Shown piece after piece: positions 42,023-56,478 of a DNA stretch of 64,000 nt. The stretch lies in contig OX597822.1 in NCBI GenBank assembly GCA_951406725.2, positions 106,950,001-107,014,000 on the forward strand, given 5' to 3'. The notes below the pieces were generated by a model. It was not told the origin of the DNA. It saw nothing but the letters and a program-made list of their open reading frames with translations, and did no database searches. A program made the position numbers and the translations under genes. Source of the stretch: Octopus vulgaris. Lineage: Eukaryota. Every line of letters begins with the position of its first letter. The first letter of the stretch is position 1.

Positions 42023-42068
42023 TCACTACAATTGTTTCATGTCTCTTCTCAGGACATTCATCGGGTGG
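42023..42068 (-). ncRNA. Minimal type-I hammerhead motif (U4C core variant)
   Basis: Minus strand: cac CCGATGA ATGTC ctgagaaga GACAT GAAAC aatt GTA gtg; palindromic stem III ACAATTGT; inside a ~180-bp element (41922-42100) bounded by (TA)n. Confidence 0.7.
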
Positions 42069-42099
42069 ATTTCAGATCTAAAAATAATCAATATTTTTA

Positions 42100-42148
<49 letters not shown>

Positions 42149-42451
42149 TAGTCTTTAAAAGGGCGCATTTATTTTTTTAAGGGGATGAGGTAGTGCTTGA
42201 CTATTATTGCAAACAAAGTAGAGAAAGTCTTCTGACAATACCAATTTTGTATAGTGAGTATTATATTTGAATTATAAATTCCATGTTCTAATGCGATACC
42301 ATATGTTTCGCTTGTTCATTCTGTCTTTCCAGACACACGAGTACACACACACACATTGTCCCGAGGGAGATCAAAGAGGAAAAGGATCCCATCAACTTCA
42401 AACAGAGTCTGGATAGATTCCTTCAAAGAATACCAGACAAGCCACCCATAA

Positions 42452-42540
42452 TTGGATACAACTCACCCAACAAGAACTCACTACTTGAACAAAACTGGAT
42501 ACAACTCACCCAACAAGAACTCACTACTTGAACAAAACTT
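42452..42540. repeat. ~44-bp tandem duplication
   Basis: tggatacaactcacccaacaagaactcactacttgaacaaaac occurs twice. Confidence 0.9.
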
Positions 42541-43650
42541 GACTTAAACAGGATTCGAATAATCCTATCAGGTGGTGCTATTAAGTTAGACATGGCCTGG
42601 ACCAATCTCTGGTCGAAACATATCTAAGTTTTATCTAAGTTTTATATATTCATACATACATACATACACATCGATATGAAAATACTTTATTGTATTCCTT
42701 GTGAGGTTTTCTAATCTTGTTTGATATTGTCTAATCAAGCTTAGTCAGTTACGTAACACACGATAATCACTTCCAAACATTTCTGTATTAGAGAACCATG
42801 ATAACTTAGACGTCATGCAGATTAAGATAACATTATTTGGTGAAATCACAGGCTAACATACTTGATAACAAGAACAAAAATATATATCGGTCGTTCATTG
42901 CTTTCATTCAGAACTGTCTATAGAGAAATTTTAACTTCAATGAAAATTTTATGTATTGAATAATTTCATTAAATAATAAAAATACGATAAAAAAAAACAC
43001 ACACACAGGAATCTAAACGTTGATAGTTTTTAATTAATGCAAATTTGAGTACAAATGACTCTTTGACACCATCTATAAGCATCAATTTCAAAAACAATGG
43101 TTTTCACTTATCATAAAAACAATTGTTGCTGGAATAGTTTATTTCTAATCAAATTAAAGCGTAATTCTATGCAACACTTCATCAATTTTTTTCTCAAAAT
43201 CGACGTAGGTCGCAAGCAATTAGTGGAAATTAACATTATCTGCGTATCCATTATCCAAATTATTCAATTAAGAGGAATAGATTAAATACATACATCTAGT
43301 TTTATACTGTTACCAATCATTGGACTGCAGCCTTGCTTGGGCACGACATCGAAGGGTTTACTCGAACATATCCACCCGTGACAGTTACTTCTGTTTCGTT
43401 CTTGTGTTATTACTTGTTATACTAGTTCAACCAGCAATTTTGCGGGTGATTAATTGACTCTAAGTTAAGCTGGTACTAATTTAGACCGTACATATATAAA
43501 TGGTCACGGGTACAGAAATGTACATACTTACAAACGTGCATACATACACACATACATGCATACATACATACATACATACATACATACATGCATACATACA
43601 TGCATACATACATACATACATACATACATACATACATACATACATACATA

Positions 43651-44133
43651 CCATAAATCCTCGAATATAATCCGCACTTTTTTCCTAAAATTTAAAGGTC
43701 AAAATCCCTAGTGCGTACTATATACGAGATTAAAAATGAAAATAATTTTCTAAGCTATGTCCGAGTCTCTATTTGCTGTCCGGCAATGTTTATTCAGACG
43801 CATTTTGTGATGTCGGGCGCGAAAATACCTTAAATCATCCATAACTTGCAGTTAGCAACATTTATTAAACGTCATTACTGTTATTTCTTTATGTTTTGCA
43901 AACAAAATGCACAAAAAAGCTACACGTTTGCATTATGTTATATATATATACAATAATAATAAAGGACGTTACCGTATACATTTTTACAAACTAAGGACAT
44001 CATATAGACCTCCTTGACTCAAGTTAGAGAAGGGGAGCGTATTATACACAAGGTTTAGGTTTTTCAGAGGCACAGTCCCCTAAAACACCCTGCATATTAT
44101 ACTCAAGGGTGGACTATACTCGAGGATTTACGG
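43651..44133. mobile_element. Tc1/mariner (Tc2-like) MITE
   Basis: TIRs ccataaatcctcgaatataatccgc / gtggactatactcgaggatttacgg; left end preceded by TA, inserted at the end of (CATA)n. Confidence 0.75.
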
Positions 44134-45087
44134 CAGTTACATGCATATATATGGATTCGTGACCATTATATCACGTTGCATCCCGAGCAGGAGGAAGATA
44201 TGAAATATCTAATGAACAAATGGGCCTGCAAAGACCTTATCCTCTCAAGATGCAGTAGCAAATATCAGTTATGGCAATGTTCTGTGGTGTGGTGGACATA
44301 TCACATACAATTGGAAACTGCCCAAAAATATCATCGAGGCACTACATTCGACTGTGACATGATGTTGAGAAGAAAAAGCTGAACATTTTCATGAAAATTA
44401 TTAGAAGAAAAACACATATCCAACAGACTAAGAATTAAGTTTGAAGACGTTACATGTACAGGTAAGAACATCTTAACTTATTCACATAGCTTCTGTGTTA
44501 GAGGTAATCTCACATCTTCGTAATACAAAGAGCAGTTTTAGAGTGAATACATTTCATAAGACAAAATACGTTTGGAGGGTTTTGTAAAATTGGACAGCGT
44601 CTCTTCGTCACATGATGTAACAGCAAAAAAGCAAAAGATAAAATAGTAGTGCTTTTATAGGAATGGTAGAGAAATTGGGCCACCGTCAAAGCAGAAATTA
44701 GAACAGAACCAAACAATTTCAGGATAAAAGTTTTTTCAAAGGAAACGGAGATAAATGATAGTACAGTGTTTTACACTTTTGAAACCGAAAACACAGGAAA
44801 AACGCGTTAAAATTGTTAAACCTCCGCTTGCACATTTGCATCGCACTCTTGGAGTAAAGAGATAGAAGGGTGAATGAAATATTGGAAACTACGTTGATTC
44901 ATAGCTAGTCGTCACTTCTGTATCATAAGATTGGTGTTTGGTTAAATCCGCTGACAACGGACGAAATGTGGCAAGGATGCATTATAATAAACTTGTAATT
45001 CCCAACGATCTCCAAATGCCACAAGGCCATATTAGACTTGTACATAGTGTATATATTTATATTTTTGATAATAAATATATATATATA

Positions 45088-45315
45088 TTTCGTTATTGCC
45101 CACAAGGGGCTAAACATAGAGAGGACAAACAAGGACAGACAAAGGGATTAAGTTGATTACATCGACCCCAGTGCGAAACTGGTACTTTATTTATCAACCC
45201 CAAAAGGATGAAAGGCAAAGTCGACCTTGGCGGAATGTGAACTCAGAACGTAACGGCAGACGAAATACAGCTACGCATTTCGCCCGCCGTGCTAATGATT
45301 CTGCCAGCTCGCCGG
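45088..45315 (-). mobile_element. S2 SINE
   Basis: Reverse complement of the 22991-23220 copy. Confidence 0.85.
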
Positions 45316-45617
45316 TCCTGATGTACCAATTACTAATGTTCTTATAAAAATTCTAGTGATAGCGCTAATATTGTTTTGTTAAAAATCAGTTCCCTCCTTC
45401 CAGGACAAATCCTAATAATGGAAAGTTGTGGTAATAAGTATATACATACTTATCAACACACACGAAAGCATAAATGGAAGCATACATACAGACGCATACA
45501 GTGAATTAGACATAGAGATAGATACGCAGATATATATATATATACAAAATATTAGAGTGTATAACTCCAAAATTACAGGGAAAAATTCAATTTAGTATTA
45601 AATCAAATTTCACAGTA

Positions 45618-46015
45618 TCTTTATATATAAAAGAGAAGTTGTGTGTCTGTCTCCTACGATTTAGATTCCTAACTACTCCCACATTTTGCGATGCAGTTTA
45701 ACCAAAACCGGGTATCTTATAGTCGTGATTCATATCGAGCCCTTCTGGGTATTAGCGCGCGTCTACGATGAGTCTGCGATTAAAAAAAAAAATTACCATC
45801 ATTTTTTCCATTTTAATGCATTTTTTTCGCTATTACATAAGGGAACTAACTCTCTAAAAATGTTAACGATGAGTCAACGATTTAAACAAAAATTTACCAT
45901 AATTTCTTTTCTATTTTTAATGCATTTTTTTGCTATTTTTTGGCTATAACTCTCTAAAAATGCTTATATAGTTATTTCCCTTACAAACCCGAGCAACGCC
46001 GGACGATACTGCTAG
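45618..46015 (+). mobile_element. Non-autonomous Helitron
   Basis: A|TC start, cccgagcaacgccgg hairpin, CTAG|T end; internal sub-repeat. Confidence 0.9.
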
Positions 46016-46213
46016 TAGATATATAAAATATAAATTAGAGATAAAACCACTATTAGGCAACTCAAACAGTGATAGACATAAACCAAAACATAAATTGCAA
46101 ATATGTTTATAATACATATTTTTATAAAACATATAACTTATAACTAGGTCTCAAAAAGTATAAAAATGAATGATCAATATATAATATAATAAGTAATATA
46201 ATAAGTAACTCTA

Positions 46214-46253
<40 letters not shown>

Positions 46254-46367
46254 ACATGCGTATGCGCAGGTATACACACACATACAGAAATAGATAGACA
46301 GACAGACAGACACGTAAATAGGTGAACGAAAGGATAGATACATGGACAGACAGACAGGTAGATAGTA

Positions 46368-46580
46368 TATGCATTAAAATGGAATAAAAAATGATGTTAA
46401 ATTATTTTTAAAATCGTAGACTCATCGTTGACGCGCGCTAATAGTCAGACGGGCTCGATATGAATCACGACTATAAGATACCCGAATTTGGTTAAACTGC
46501 ACCGCAAAATGTGGGAGGAGTTAGGAATCTAAATCGAAGGGGACAGACACTCACACAACTAGAGTTTTATTTATATATAT
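46368..46580 (-). mobile_element. 3'-truncated Helitron of the same family, inverted
   Basis: Reverse complement of about 45620-45825. Confidence 0.8.
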
Positions 46581-46831
46581 ATATATATATATATAATGGT
46601 GGTTTTATCTCTAATTTAATATAATATATATGTATATATCTACATGCGTATGTGCAGGTATACACCAAAGGAAACGGATTAAATATTCCATCGGTTTTAT
46701 TTCATGAACAAAATATTACGTTGAACGAAAGGATAGATACATGGACAGACAGACAGGTAGATAGTATATAGACGCATAAACAAATAAATTGATTGAAACA
46801 TTTATAGGTTACGTTGGTGACCATGATAAAA

Positions 46832-46845
46832 TACTACTACTAACG

Positions 46846-46907
<62 letters not shown>

Positions 46908-47178
46908 ACTACTACTACTACTACTACTAAATGCTGCTGCTGCTACTACTGAGCTGTGATGAGATAGAGGTGAAGATGGGAGTGGTTAATCTACGCAAAC
47001 AATTTTCTAAAGAGTCGAACACCAAAGGAAACGGATTAAATATTCCATCGGTTTTATTTCATGAACAAAATATTACGTTGATGAGTGTGTGTGTGTGTTT
47101 GCGTGTGTGTGTGTGTGTGCTGCTGCGTGTGTTGTGCTATAGCCAAATTCAAACTTCTGGTGACGTTGGCTGCTGCTG

Positions 47179-47225
<47 letters not shown>

Positions 47226-47253
47226 GCTGCTGCTACTACTACTACTGATGCTG

Positions 47254-47300
<47 letters not shown>

Positions 47301-47430
47301 GCTGCTGCTACTACTACTACTACTACTGCTGATGCTGATACTACTACTACTACTACTACTACTGCTGATGCTGATACTACTACTACTACTACTACTACTG
47401 CTGCTGCTACTACTACTGCTGCTGCTGCTG

Positions 47431-47462
<32 letters not shown>

Positions 47463-47662
47463 GTTGGTGCTGCTGCTACTCCTGTCTAGATGCTATTAGA
47501 CAGTGCTGATTCTGATCTTAACTGACTGGAAGTGTTATCATGTATATGTTTTGTTTTGGTGTAAAAGATGGGTTACTACTACTACTACTACTACTACCAC
47601 TACTGCCTGCTGCTGCTACTACTACTGCTGCTGCTGCTTTGGTACTACTACTACTACTACTG

Positions 47663-47705
<43 letters not shown>

Positions 47706-47739
47706 GCTGCTGCTGCTACTACTACTGATCATGCTGCTG

Positions 47740-47783
<44 letters not shown>

Positions 47784-47955
47784 GGCTACTACTACTACTA
47801 CACTACTACTGCTGCTGCTGCTACTACTACTGATGCTGCTGCTGCTACTACTACTAACTACTACTACTACTACTACTACTACTCCTACTACTACTACTAC
47901 TACTACTACTGTTGGTGCTGCTGCTACTCCTGTCTAGATGCAATATTAGACAGTG
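46832..47955. repeat. (CTA/CTG)n tracts with a duplicated unique tail
   Basis: gttggtgctgctgctactcctgtctagatgc at about 47463 and 47911. Confidence 0.9.
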
Positions 47956-48411
47956 GCTTGATTGGCGCTTTTGTTTACCGTTCCCAGAAGGATGAAAGGT
48001 AAAGTTGACTTCGGCGGAATTTGAACTCAGAACATAAAGATGGACGAAATATTTTTAAGTAAGTTTCCCTTGCATGCTAACCCGCTGCACTCGCCAGAGA
48101 CTAATAATACTAATTTATTTTTCTAACCACCAAGTTGCACCTATAAATGAGATATTTACAAGTTTATAAAAGCAGATTGCGTGTAAAGTAAATTTATGAA
48201 TTTATGTATACATACATACATACATACATACACACATACACACACACACACATATATATATATATATGCAGATACACTCGCACACGCACATATACACACA
48301 AGCCAAATTGTCGTCAACGTTATTTGAACATTAATATCCAAGTGTTTATGTTACTCTTGTTGATAATAAAGGAAAATTTAATTTACAGAACTTCAAATTT
48401 CTGTTATAAAA

Positions 48412-48472
<61 letters not shown>

Positions 48473-49351
48473 CATTAAAAGAACTTCTCAAATAGAAAAT
48501 AATTTTAATAGTTATGCTTAATGTAATTTATGAAAGGTACTACTTTATCGATCAAATACACTATGACTCTAAGACTGAGCCGAAAAGAAAAACAATCTTC
48601 ATAGAATGTACAAAAACGAAGAAAAATCTACCCCAACACAAATAGCTGCAGTACATCTACTTTCTCTATAACAGAATCAAAGGAATGTTACATCGCTGTC
48701 CCAATACACCTGGAACATGAATGAGGAAAGTATTGTTAACACATCAATAAACTTATCGAAGCCACTATGCCTTCTGCAAAGTATAAAAAATATATTTTCT
48801 TATTTGCAAGAAATATATTTTATATCACATTATATTGAACAAAATAGGGAAGCAATTTCTCTGTAATACATTCGGCTTCATACGAAATAATTCCAACTTT
48901 AAAAGCCATCAAAGCATATCCTTCTCAAATCACACGCCTGTTAATAAAGTAGAAGCAAAGAAATGCCACAGGAGAGAATCTGGTCCCGGGTACACTACGG
49001 CTCAAAGAAAAGCGTCCAGAGCTTTCGTCTAGCTACAGAGCAGCACCGGAAGCAAGAGTGTTTCAGCTTCTAATTGACATTTATATCACAGGCAGTTTTC
49101 CTGTTTTAGGCAAATAATCTCTATTTAATAATAGCCGCTGTAAATGTTGGTTGGTTAAAATTCTCCGGTGAGGCTTTACATGATATAGAAGCAAGGGGGA
49201 GAAAGAGTAAAAAGAGAGATGCAGAAAGACTTAACATTAGAGGTACAGAATGAGTGCACATGCTAGGCTTGGAGACGGGCAAAGAGCAAAAGAACGCTAC
49301 GTAGACTCACACATAATGAGAGCGATAAAATCATCGTATCTTTTTTTTTAT

Positions 49352-50019
49352 GAGACTGCGGCGATGCTGGGGCACCGCCTTGAGGAATTTTTAGCCGAAT
49401 GAATCGACACCAGTACATATTATTTGTTAAGCAAGGTACTTATTCTATCAGTCTCTTATTGCCGAACCGCTAATTTACGGGGGCGTAAACACACTAACAC
49501 CGGTTGTCACGCGGTGGTGGTTGACAAACATAGACACAAAGACACACACACATATGTGTACACACACACGCACACACACATGCAGGCACACACACATCTA
49601 TACACACATACGACGGGCTTGTTTTAGTTTCCGTCTACAAAATTCACACACGAGTCATTGGTTGGCCCGAGGCTACAGTAGAAGACTATACCCCAAGGAG
49701 TCATGCAGTGGAACTGAACTCGGAACCATGTGGTTGGGTAATTATACAAATGATATATTTAATCTTATTTTCAGGTGTTACATATTTTACTTTCCAAAAT
49801 TCTCTTTTACTCTTTTACTTGTTTCAGTCATTTGACTGCGGCCATGCTGGAGCACCACCTTTAGTCAAGCAAATCGACCCCAGGACTTATTCTTTGTATG
49901 CCTATTACTTATTCTATCAGTGTTTTTAGCCGAACCGGGGACGTAAATACACCAGCATCGGTTGTCAAGCGATGTTGGGGGGACACAGACACACAAACAC
50001 ACACACATATATATATACG

Positions 50020-50050
<31 letters not shown>

Positions 50051-50082
50051 CCACACCACACACACACACACACACACCCACC

Positions 50083-50143
<61 letters not shown>

Positions 50144-50277
50144 GACAGGCTTCTTTCAGTTTCCGTCTACCAAACCCACTCACAAGGCTTGCCCAAGGCG
50201 TCACGCAGTGGGACTGAACCCAGAACCATGTGGTTGGTAAGCAAACTTCTTACCACATAGCCACTCCTGCGCCTATG
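49352..50277 (-). mobile_element. Two adjacent S1 SINEs (about 49352-49740 and 49800-50277)
   Basis: Both are reverse complements of S1; the first is more diverged. Confidence 0.85.
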
Positions 50278-51153
50278 GTATTTATTGGAATTTATTTCAT
50301 CACCTTTTCTCAAGCACCCAGAAATTTAATATAATTGAAAATATAATTATTGCATGTATTCAATATTCCGTGATGTTACCAAAAACTCTACTTCCCAAAC
50401 TATTGGCAAAACTATACTTGCAAAGTTAGTCATCATTTTACAGCAAACACCAATTGTGCTAATATTTGAAATGCCATGACATTCTCAATAGCAAATATCC
50501 TCAGGAAGTCACATGACTATTTGAAGTAGCCAATCAGAAACAATCGATGCCATAGAATAAATAAAAGCACTTTGGTTAGCGTTTCCGATCATAAGAATTC
50601 TGATGTGTAATTAATTAAACTGTCAGGTTCATTAAATTAGTAATTGGCTGTGTATTCCACAGACACGTTTATCCTTAACACAATTCTGGTGGTAATCAGC
50701 GTAGCACAGGGTGTGACAAAACTCGGTCTTGGAATTCCAGATAAAATCTTTTCCACGAACTTCGGTGCCGTTTCTCCCAACTGAAATTTTCGCTCAAAAA
50801 AGGGAGGAGTTATCCCGGTGCTATAGAAAGGTATCCTTCTCCGAGATGCCTTCTGGCAGGATTGAGACCGAGGTCTTGTGGTCATGAAGTGGACTTCTTA
50901 CGCATTGGGTTATTAGGTTATACTGCACACACACACAAACACACACACACACACACACACACACCCTCAAGCACGCACTAACGCAAACTCGCACACGCAC
51001 TCACGTCCTCACGAACGTATGCACGCACACACAGAGACACACGCACGTATACTCACGCACACATACCTCATTTATACAAACTGACACGCGCACATAGACA
51101 TGCATGTACTTATGCATGCATGCGTATATATATATATATATATATATACATAC

Positions 51154-51200
<47 letters not shown>

Positions 51201-52623
51201 GTCGCGCAAAAACACGCTCACAACACATACGTATATATACACGCACTCATATATACATATACATGTATAAGATATATGTATATATATACACCCACATATG
51301 TATATACAAGTGTATGATGTATAAATATATCTATTTATTTATTTATATATTTATATGTATGTATATGTATATGTGTGTGTCTCTCTCTCTATCTATCCGT
51401 ATGTTTATTTAAATATTTTAAGTGCATCCATAAACATTTATGTAAAATAATTATTATTTTAAATTTACACATGATTCCATACGCTTAATACGAAGTTTAC
51501 AGGATTCTCTGTACAGCTAGGAAATTATTAATAATTTATACATATATGCATCACAGCATCACAGCCTCACTGCCATCTAAAAACAGATATCTTCATATTC
51601 TTCACAAAGCACAAGTGGTGATCAACGTTTTAAATACACTCTAGGCCTACATCATTTCCTATCTTTGTTGCCCAGAGTTACAACTGAGAACATAGCATAG
51701 ATAATAATAGTCCGCCACACTTGGCGTTCGATAAAGTAAGACAGATGAATAAATATTGTGTCTGGGAAAAACTTAGCCTGCGATTTTAAATGATTTAGTT
51801 ATTATTTTGTTTTGTCGTATGTATAGTAGTTACGGTATCAGCTGGAGAATGGTAGCCTGAAGGTAATGTCAGGCTAAACTGTAGCTGATGATGAAAGCAA
51901 GACGATAATTTGAAGAGCATTGGTTACTTAAATGGAGAAATAACCTAAGTAAGTAGACTGAAGAGAATGGCGAACAACTGAAGTGCTTTGGCCATCGGAA
52001 ATATATCTAGGAAGAGAATGAATAGAAAGCGTAGAGAAAGCGGGAAGAGAAATGTAAAGTGGGAGAGATTGAGGGAAGAAGGGGAATGTAGCGAGGAAAA
52101 GAGAGAGTGGTAAAGAAAAAGGGAAGGAAAGAGAGGACATGAGAAAGGGAGAGAGAGAGAGAGAGAGAGAGCGATGCTAAGAGAAACAAGAGAAAAATGG
52201 AAAATGATAGTGAAAGAGATGAACCGTGGAAAATAAAGCAAGGGAAAAAGTCGTGTGTGTGTGTGTGAAAGGGGAGAAGGGTGAGAAGAGAAGGAAATAG
52301 TAGTGAAAGAGAAAGGAGAAAGGTGATAATTTGCGAGAGAGGAGGAGGTGTGAGATGGGAGTTGGGTAAAAGAGAAAAAAAAAGGACTGCGTTTTAGTAA
52401 TGCTCTTCATGGAACACAATAAATATTCTGGAAAGTAACAAGCAATGGCCATTAAGATGGTGGCAATTTAAGTGCAAAGATGTAGAAAGTGGTTGGTAAG
52501 GAAACGATAGAGAGTAACGGACAAAATAGTTGTTTGAAAGCAAGTAGAAAAATATAAGTCGGTAAAGAGGTATATCTTACGTCTCTGTACAATATACTTA
52601 CACACGTATGCTATATATATATA

Positions 52624-52682
<59 letters not shown>

Positions 52683-53097
52683 ATATATATATGTATATAT
52701 ATAATAATAATAATAATTATTATTATTTGAGGGAATATTAATCCAAACGTACACGGAAAAAATTCAATTTAGAAATACTAAATCAAATTTCACACAATAT
52801 AATATATATATATATATATATATATAAAAATGTAGAATTCTTGCCACCAGGCTAGGCCGCTTAGAAAAAAATTTGAAAATTTTAGGTCAGATATTGACCA
52901 ACGAGAATGCCTCGTGAAAAATATCTGTTCCGGCTTGGCTATTTCTTACTGATGATTCTAAGGGCCTATGGTGGATTGGTTGATTTAATTTAATCAGGTT
53001 AGTTTTCCATTAAACAGAAGATGAAACGGTATCACGGAATTAACGTTAAAAGCTGAAGTGGTGAATGGCCTATTATTTCCGTGTTGATAATATACAC

Positions 53098-53387
53098 AAA
53101 ATGAACAATCACCATCAGGAAATTACATATAATAGAAATATTAAAATTAAAATAGCTATAAAATACCAATGATTAAGTAAATTGCAAAAAAATAATAAAA
53201 ACGTAATAAAAACGTATATAATTGGTATATACGTGTTTATTATATACCAATTATATAATACCAATTATATACGTTTTTATTATTTTTTTTTGCAATTTAA
53301 TTAATCATTGGTATTTTATAGTTATTTTAATTTAAATATTTCTATTATATGTAATTTTCTAGATGGTGTAATTTAATTGTTCATTTT
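53098..53387. repeat. Long AT-rich palindrome (~130-bp arms)
   Basis: aaattacatataatagaaatattaaaattaaaatagctataaaataccaatgattaa... mirrors ...ttaatcattggtattttatagttattttaatttaaatatttctattatatgtaattt. Confidence 0.9.
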
Positions 53388-54878
53388 AAATTGATAAAAG
53401 GTGTTTTTGTTCTAATTCATATATATATATATACATACATACATAACATGCATACATACATACTTACATACATACATAAACATATGTATTTGCATGATTA
53501 TATCACCATTCGTCCTCTACTGATGATTTACAATGCAACGCATGAAACTGAGATATCACTGTCTGGAATCTCATACAGAGATCTATTTCAAAATTTTAAT
53601 ATCATAAAAATATAATAGCGATAAAAATAACAGCGATAATATATACTTATGCGCGCATACGTATGTTGCAACAGACATTGGCCTACTTCATTCATCTCCA
53701 TTAGCTCCCTATATTTTCTAAGAATGCAAATTACTTTTGACTAAAACTCTTGGAAAGTATATTTATAGAAAGCCCTATATCGATTGATCCAGGCAGATTT
53801 CAGTAGAATGCTTTATATTCATGAATGCCTATAATACCGAGAAAAGAGCGTAGTTGCCATCTTGTTTATAAACAAGATCAGGTTTCCTCTAAGCACGAGA
53901 AAACTTTTGGAAAATTAATTCTTAATTTAAAAATGATTATAAGTAGCTTACAGCACTAGATTTTTCCTTTCATTTTTCCGGTTAACAGGAAAATTCGAAT
54001 AAGCGAATTTTTTAATATACCATTTTATATGTACAGTTCTAAAATGTGTGTATACACCATCCTACACATATACAGGCGTGTTCGTGAGCGAGCATGAGTG
54101 TATTGTTCCAAGATACATCATATGGATGCCCCGGGATGTCTCATCAATGACGCTCCTCGTGGCTTAGAATGTTTCGGGTCTTTCAACATCATGCGTCCTT
54201 GCCAAATGACCCAACCGAGATTCATGAATTTCAAGTTTGCGTCTCTAAGGTAGTAAAACACTGGTCTTCCTTCTCATACATACATACATACATACATACA
54301 TACATACATAGTGGCTGCCCCATCGTCATCGAGTATGGCCAGTGCACGAAGCTTAATCAATGTTGTATCGTGCAATGCATGTGCAAGAAGATTTGTTTTT
54401 AAAGTGAGGAAAGGCTGTGCACTGAGTGAATCCCACTCACTTACCAACAGCAGCCATAATCCGAAAAGAAGAACAAATCAACATTATCGGTAACCGCCGA
54501 GCCGCAGGTTTTATGTCGGAGTTATCCCAGTTACCTGAGTTACCTTATCCTAGAAGGATACATTAACAAAGGCTAGGAGTCCTTCACTCCCAATGGTTTA
54601 ACCGCGCAATCGAGTATTCAGTCCGATTATTTCTATGTCCCCGCGCATGATACACCCTTAAGACAATTATTGGATGGCTGTTGACTCTCAAGAGTTCCTC
54701 CGTGTGTGTGTGTGTGCGTGTGTGTGTGTATGTGTGTGTGTGTGTGTGAAAGCATATGTATGTACATGCTGGGTTTGCTTCTGGAAACTTTCTCTCCAAG
54801 GTGCAAACTTGGGCAGGCTATATGGAAGACCACTAATAAGTTCTCTCCTCAAAGACATTGCCCATTGTAATCTCAATG

Positions 54879-54971
<93 letters not shown>

Positions 54972-55557
54972 TACCAGTTCTTGAGAACGATAGACTTTCG
55001 TGATTATCTCTCGATCTGCCAGAAAAAACTAACTAAATCCTCCTCAAATAATACCCAACATTCTGAAAAATAGAAATACAAATTAGAAATTGTGTGTCTA
55101 TAGGAATAGAATAGGACAGTCGTGAATTTAACGCCAATAGTCGTAGCGTAGCTGGTTTAGTGCCGAGCTGGAATTAAGACCAAAGAGAGCTGAACATCGG
55201 CAATTTTCAATGGTATTTTCCTAAGAATTATTACGTTAACGTTGATTTATATTTAGTTTTATTGTATTATATTTTCCTTGCACACAATGTTATGTCATTC
55301 TCATACATGGTACACGGTCTTTGGAAATCTTTTAATTTTTTCCTATAGAACTATTGAATATGTTTTATTTGGTTCCCATCGAATACACACAATAGACATT
55401 TTTTTATGAGTTTTACAATTTTTTTTATTCAATCATATATATATATATATATGTGTGTATATATATATTGTATGTATATATTTATGTATGTATACATGTG
55501 TTTGTAGATCTATATATACTATTTTATGCATATTTAATACATACATATATATATACG

Positions 55558-55603
<46 letters not shown>

Positions 55604-55628
55604 CATGCGTGCATACATTACATACGTA

Positions 55629-55717
<89 letters not shown>

Positions 55718-55915
55718 GTATACACATGTGTTTTTAGATATATATATACTATTTTATGCATATTTAATACACACACATATATATATATATATATACATGT
55801 GTTTTTAGATCTATATATACTATTTTATGCATATTTAATACATATATATATATGTATATATATATATACACACGCACATATATATATCTACATTTATATA
55901 TACATACGTGCATAC

Positions 55916-55969
<54 letters not shown>

Positions 55970-55979
55970 GTGTGTGTGT

Positions 55980-56017
<38 letters not shown>

Positions 56018-56398
56018 CTTTTTATAATTTTGTTCGCTTTTGTTTACATCCCTATTTAAGTTGTAGATTTATCATCAAACACTCTTCGCATTTGCTTTTC
56101 AGTTGTTGCTGTAATTGTTGTTGTTGTTGTTATTGTTGATGTTGTTGTTGTTATTGTTGCTGTTGTTGTTGTTGTTGTCATTGTTGTTGTTGTTAGTCTT
56201 CTTCATTGCTTTTTTTCTTCTGGTCATTATTTATTTCCCCTTTTTTCTTTTTCTTTCATTTTTCACCGATTCTTTCATCGTACACTTCAAATGTACACAC
56301 TACTCTATTCATGACGAGTTTCTTCCTCTCTTTCATTCATCTCGTTCCCTCTCCTTCTTTCATCTCTATATTTCGATTTTTCTTTTATCTTTTCCTAC

Positions 56399-56478
<80 letters not shown>

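Noticed and set aside
44165-44465. Possible RTE-like LINE fragments (also about 8400-8700, 20050-20700, 21200-21620)
   Set aside because: Only faint motif resemblance; not supportable without RepeatMasker or HMM evidence.
50637-50885. ORF with KFVEKILSGIPRPSF, vaguely like the receptor N-terminal GYDIRLRP segment
   Set aside because: Lacks YD and the correct spacing, shows no clear splice sites, and its start resembles a decayed tRNA-derived repeat head.
53520-53552. CTGATGA...GAAAC hammerhead candidate
   Set aside because: Stem II is not adjacent to the core, and there is no stem III/GUH or stem I pairing.
54120-54430. Cys-rich fragment (CIVQCMCKKIC), possibly a DNA transposon remnant
   Set aside because: Too decayed and interrupted by (CATA)n to assign without a database search.
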